A DNA stretch of 64,000 nt from Eledone cirrhosa (taxonomy: Eukaryota), in NCBI GenBank assembly GCA_964016885.1, contig OZ024743.1:229028001-229092000 (forward strand). The letters are read 5' to 3'. The position numbers were made by a program, and so were the translations under genes. How positions within the stretch are numbered: position 1 is the first letter of the stretch; each line of letters opens with the position of its first letter. A model generated the notes under the pieces. That model did no database searches, was not told where the DNA came from, and was given only the letters and a program-made list of their open reading frames with translations. Below are positions 58,901 to 64,000 of this stretch, piece after piece.

Positions 58901-60867
58901 CACTCTCAGGTAATTTAGCTGGAAATATAAGCATTAATCTACCAAAGAACAGATGCAATGATGCATTATTTCCAAGAAACTCGACGTAGAGGATTATAAT
59001 CTTTAAAATTTAATATTATAAAACTATGTGACCAAAATGACAAGTGAATATTTCCTGAAATACATCAAGGACATATTAAATATTTCCAAGGTATCATTTC
59101 AATGCCTTGTTTATTGTTATTTTTAATATTTAATGTTCTATTTGCATTGCTATAACCTTCAAAAAATTGTTTCCTATAATTTTGTTTATAACATTATTTT
59201 GTGACTGTGGCAAGAGGGTTAAAGTACTCGATATACAAGATGGCCAACTGAATACATGTGTCTTTTTTCTCCACAAATTCTTGTCATTTTCCCCACTCCT
59301 TTTTCTCATCACTCTTTACTTTCCTCTTCTATTTCTAACTCTATCTTGAAGAACTAGTGTCCGATCGGTTAAGACTCTCTTGCTTCTATTTCAAGCATTA
59401 AACTAATCTATTTCTTTCATGTACTGTGCTGTTTGTTTTGTTATTTCTGTTTACCATTTACATATATATACATACATATACTTATATATATATAGCATCA
59501 TAGCACCCTACTGTGATGGATTTTATTCAAGGCAAGAACATTAATGTCAAAATCTTTCATCAATATTTTATGTTTGCTTTCCATGCCTGTATAGGTTGTC
59601 ATAGTCTAAGACTAGACAAGTCAGAGATACCTTATCTTGCTCATATCTTCCATATTCAGCATGGCTTCTACAGCTGGATGTTTTTTCTAAGCCTAACCAC
59701 TCCACAGAGTATATTGGGTGCTTTTTATTGGGACACCAGCATGACCATTTTAGTGTAGTGGGGGCATTTTTCATAGCACTCGCACTAAAGAAGTTGTCCT
59801 ATACTACACAATCCTCTTTACCCTACATTTGAGAAAATAGATTAAAATGTTTGTCCGCTAAGGTTGGGGTTTGTTTTTGACACTCAGAATTAATTATAAT
59901 GCTTGCTAATGCAGGGCCAGAAAAGGAGAGGATTAAAAATAGTGAAGTTATTCTCTAACTAGAAAATACACTGTTAACTAAGCTCCAGTTATCTGACAAT
60001 GTTTACAGAGCCATTTGCTTTAATCAAATTAGCAACATCCAATTACATTACTAATTTATTTAGAAGAAAAATTGGCATTGCAAATACATTTTTGAAGGCT
60101 TTAAGATTGAGTCAAGTCTTGAATAATAAATTTCTTCAAAATCATTGACACATAACAGAGCTGTGGGCCATCAATTCCAAATCTTCAAGGTTTATTATAA
60201 TGAAGTAAAATTTAAGATGCATGTTTGCATGTGTATGCCCCCCACTCTCTCCCTCTCTATCTATCTATCTCTGAAGGAGTCTTGATTGCTAACTATACAA
60301 GAGATATTTGGTTCAATCATGGCTCCAGCTTTATCAATTTTGTTTTTCAAACCATGCTGTATGTATGTTTGTATGTATGTATAAGTATGTACTATTGAAT
60401 ATTAAGTGAATGGTGGGTGTGCATGGTGGAATACTCTGTGAATAGATATATACAGTCTTCATTCCTTTCGAGTAAGCAGGACAGAGAGCGTGATTTGAAG
60501 AAGTGCAATGAACAATTGTTGAAAGTGTATGATCAGAGTGTAAAGGGGAAGAACAAAGTAATGGGTTTGTAGGGAGATTCAGTAGAGTAATTGGATTGGG
60601 TAGCTACAGAGCAACATTCTAATAGAAATTTGTGCAATAGGAGAGAATGAGTAATCACTATTACAAAGAAGATAGAGAAAATTGGTATTGATATATAATA
60701 GTGTGTGTGTGTGTGTGAGTCCCAGGTTCAGTTGGGGGTAACCACAGTTAGTAAGGTCCTCAATACATTAGTAGAGTGTAAATATCAAGTTTAATAACTA
60801 GTTCTAGTCCTGTGAAAGCTATTTCTATATTATACTTTATACATACACATATATATATATATATAAA

Positions 60868-61200
60868 TCAAAATTGACACAGTAAAAACCTGTGAGACCA
60901 TTACTCACCAGAATACTCGATACTTGGGGTAGAAGAGTGTGGTAATATGAAAGAGTCAGGACTCTGACAGGTGAGCTCTTGCCATTTCAACAGCTAGTTC
61001 TAAAATTGCTGTTGAAATGGCAAGAGCTCAGCCGTTCATATATATATATATGAAAGATTTTCTACTCTGCGGATGAGCTGTTGCAGTTTTGACAGTAAGC
61101 AGGTAATGAATGAGTAAGAGCTCAGCTTCTTCATTATAATACCTACACTCCACTTTCTTAAGCATCGAGTACTAAGCTGAATAGTGGTCTTACTAGTCAT
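60868..61200. mobile_element. Two oppositely oriented fragments of a (TA)n-associated element, with a 23-bp perfect hairpin
   Basis: 60893-60965 is a diverged reverse complement of ~61117-61191; perfect arms 60972-60994 and 61008-61030; hammerhead-like remnants. Confidence 0.65.
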
Positions 61201-61219
61201 AACTTGTAGCACCTCATCC

Positions 61220-61252
<33 letters not shown>

Positions 61253-61312
61253 AAATATTAAAAAAATAAGGAATAAAACAATGAAACAGTTCCTTATATT
61301 AAACAAAAAAAG

Positions 61313-61465
61313 TTCATTATTTAACGATCGTTTCTAGGACATATATGTGTTAGAAATGGCATGCATATTCAACAGATCTATGTACAAAATTATACAAAAT
61401 TATACAAATTATCAAATAGAATATACATACCAACACATACATATGCCGTCTTCAGAAATAATGAA
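61313..61465 (-). ncRNA. Type I hammerhead ribozyme motif with a long stem II insert
   Basis: Minus: UUCAUUAUUU-CUGAAGA-(stem II cggcauauguauguguu / aacacauauauguccua)-GAAA-CGAUCG-UU-AAAUAAUGAA. Stem I is a perfect 10 bp; stem III is palindromic; the predicted cut follows GUU (61323/61322). The base of stem II is imperfect. Confidence 0.8.
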
Positions 61466-61709
61466 ATATATTTATTGATAATAACAACAATTCAAAATTA
61501 CAGGTCTGTTTGGGAGCAGAGTTCAAATAGACCAATGAAATACATAAAAATATATCAAGAAAATACAGTTAGGTGTGTGTATATATGTAAGTAATTTCGT
61601 TCACAGATATGCATAAAAATATATGTTCACATGCATACGCATGTCGAAAAGATGTATGTAAATACAAACATTCAGGGCTAATGTCTCTGTATGTTTATAA
61701 TCTAGACAA

Positions 61710-61812
61710 AATACACATACGTATATAAACTTATATACACTCATATATACACACATATACATACATTCATACACACGCACGCATATACACATAAACCTAC
61801 ACATACCCACGA

Positions 61813-61852
<40 letters not shown>

Positions 61853-62086
61853 GTATATATTATTATTATAACTATATGGATATTAAGGCGCACACATAAA
61901 CACTGCCACATATATTTACATCTAGATGCAGAACTAAAGTAGGTAAAGGGATTCAGTAATTACTGAGGGTGTCAGACAACAGCCTGTTTATAAATGTATC
62001 TATAAATTTAGAAATAAAAAGAAATATATTAAAAAGAAATAAACAAGTAAAATATATACTCATACATAAAATACACACCGATAAAC

Positions 62087-62134
<48 letters not shown>

Positions 62135-62542
62135 ATATATAGAGACACATACATATACATATATAAATACATAGACACACATCCATACACACATATATAT
62201 ATATACATATACTTACAACACACATATATATATACACATATATGTACATACACATACACACATACATACATATACATATATATATACACACATATATATA
62301 CATACATATATACACACACATATACATATACATACACGCACATATACATACACACACACACATACATATACGTATATATACATACACATACACATATCCA
62401 TGTATATATATACACATACAACCACACGCTCACACACAACTCAGACATACATAAATAAAGAGATATACATACAAACATATATATATATAGATATATACAT
62501 ACACATAAATATATATACACACACACACACACACATACACAT

Positions 62543-62605
<63 letters not shown>

Positions 62606-62756
62606 TAAATAAATACACAGTCAGACAATTATGCACATATATACACATACATACACACATCTCTACAAATATACATACACATACATACACACATATATAT
62701 ATATATATATACACATATATATATATAGACATATATATATATATGTATATACATAC

Positions 62757-62801
<45 letters not shown>

Positions 62802-62900
62802 CATACACACTTATTTACATGCGTACATATGTATTTTTATACTCACATACAAACACCCAAACATACATACATACTTACATACACATACATACATCCACGC
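61710..62900. repeat. Compound (TA)/(CA)/(TACA) low-complexity region
   Basis: Direct reading; source of the Y/I/V/C/M-rich spurious ORFs. Confidence 0.92.
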
Positions 62901-62954
62901 TTACAAATACGAATAATTATAGGGGGGGGGGGGATTAAAATTATTAGTGGGAAA

Positions 62955-63450
62955 TAGTAAATATAGGTTTCAAGGAACATAGAATATTAATCTGCATTTA
63001 GATCATAATATGTGTTTACATAGTAGTTTCAGTATTAGGAAATGTAAGAAAGAAGGCAAAATTATGCATTTTAATATAAGTAGACTATTAATTATAGGTT
63101 AACTAAATTAAAATTAGTTAATATATTGATTTCTAAGGTGTATACTACTTAGGTTTATAATATTTAAAGCAGAATTTTGAAGTTAAACAGTAGTAGAGTA
63201 TTAATTATAGCATAACTAAATTAAAAATATTAACATTATGGTATCAATTTTAGGAAATGAATTTAGTAATAGGGAAAACCAAATCAAGTATTTCATCGGT
63301 AGTAGAATATAAATTATAGGTTAACTAAATTAAAAATTATATATTAATTTCTATAGTATATGTTAATTAGGTTTATAATAATTAAAGCAGATTTTGTATT
63401 TTATCTATAGTAGAATATAATTATAGGTTAACAAAAATTAAAATTAATAT
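62955..63450. repeat. AT-rich ~110-bp tandem repeat, 4-5 units alternating between two types
   Basis: agtaga.tat.aattatagg/cttaactaaattaaaa recurs at ~63079, 63192, 63301 and 63408. Confidence 0.8.
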
Positions 63451-63468
63451 ATATATATATGATTTATC

Positions 63469-63502
<34 letters not shown>

Positions 63503-63506
<4 letters not shown>

Positions 63507-63791
63507 AAAGTTCTATTTAAAATTGTTGGGATACAACAAGTAAATATTTTTATAACTGATATAAAGCACTTGACAAGTATTTGGAGTAGATATACGATAT
63601 TAATAAATGGAAACTATATTTATAAAACCATATTTATTTCATTATACATATTTCAGGGATACCAAATTAAATTATGGTATGCCTTCATCAGACAAAATAC
63701 AATATATAACAGTTTTACAAATAAGCTTTGACGTACCCTATTAAAATGCAACCATTGTTTTTGGAAGCCATCCGGATGACTTTCAAAAACA
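63503..63791 (-). mobile_element. (TA)n-flanked hammerhead-carrying element ending in a short fold-back
   Basis: TA tracts on both sides; paralog at 47480; terminal palindrome 63756-63791 (16/18 pairs). Confidence 0.85.
63635..63699 (-). ncRNA. Compact type I hammerhead ribozyme motif
   Basis: Minus: UAUUUUGU-CUGAUGA-AGGCAUACCA-uaauuuaauu-UGGUAUCCCU-GAAA-UAUGUA-UA-AUGAAAUA. Stem I is 8 bp (2 GU), stem II 9/10 bp, stem III short and near-palindromic; the predicted cut follows AUA (63643/63642). Confidence 0.8.
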
Positions 63792-63828
63792 TAAATATAT
63801 ATATATATAAATATATATATATATAAAT

Positions 63829-63865
<37 letters not shown>

Positions 63866-63868
63866 AAT

Positions 63869-63899
<31 letters not shown>

Positions 63900-63938
63900 A
63901 ATATATATAAATATATATAAATATATATAAATATAAAT

Positions 63939-63969
<31 letters not shown>

Positions 63970-64000
63970 AATATATATATATGTAAATATATATATATAT
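63792..64000. repeat. (TA)n array with AAA interruptions, running to the window end
   Basis: Direct reading. Confidence 0.97.

Overview
AT-rich, CpG-poor animal DNA with no host exon that I can support, so it is intergenic or intronic. The repeat inventory and microsatellite load suggest a cephalopod such as an octopus (inference). It contains a near full-length decayed RTE-clade LINE (minus, ~5.3-9.46 kb; APE + RT with a C4HC3/PHD-like finger inside the RT region), a 5'-truncated second copy (47.9-50.0 kb) and fragments of other RTE-like families. There are also at least three SINE families, about 15 copies of a ~240-bp piggyBac-type MITE, a cluster of Helitron pieces (one carrying a 27-bp minisatellite), a 3.7-kb interrupted (TA)n array and many microsatellites. 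The most interesting signal is a set of short non-coding elements that each abut a (TA)n tract and carry type I hammerhead ribozyme motifs. Two fold well (61313-61465 and 63635-63699, minus strand) and four are degenerate or partial. Several end in fold-back palindromes. This pattern fits microsatellite-targeted Penelope-like or retrozyme-type retroelements. All calls were made by eye; no searches or folding programs were run.
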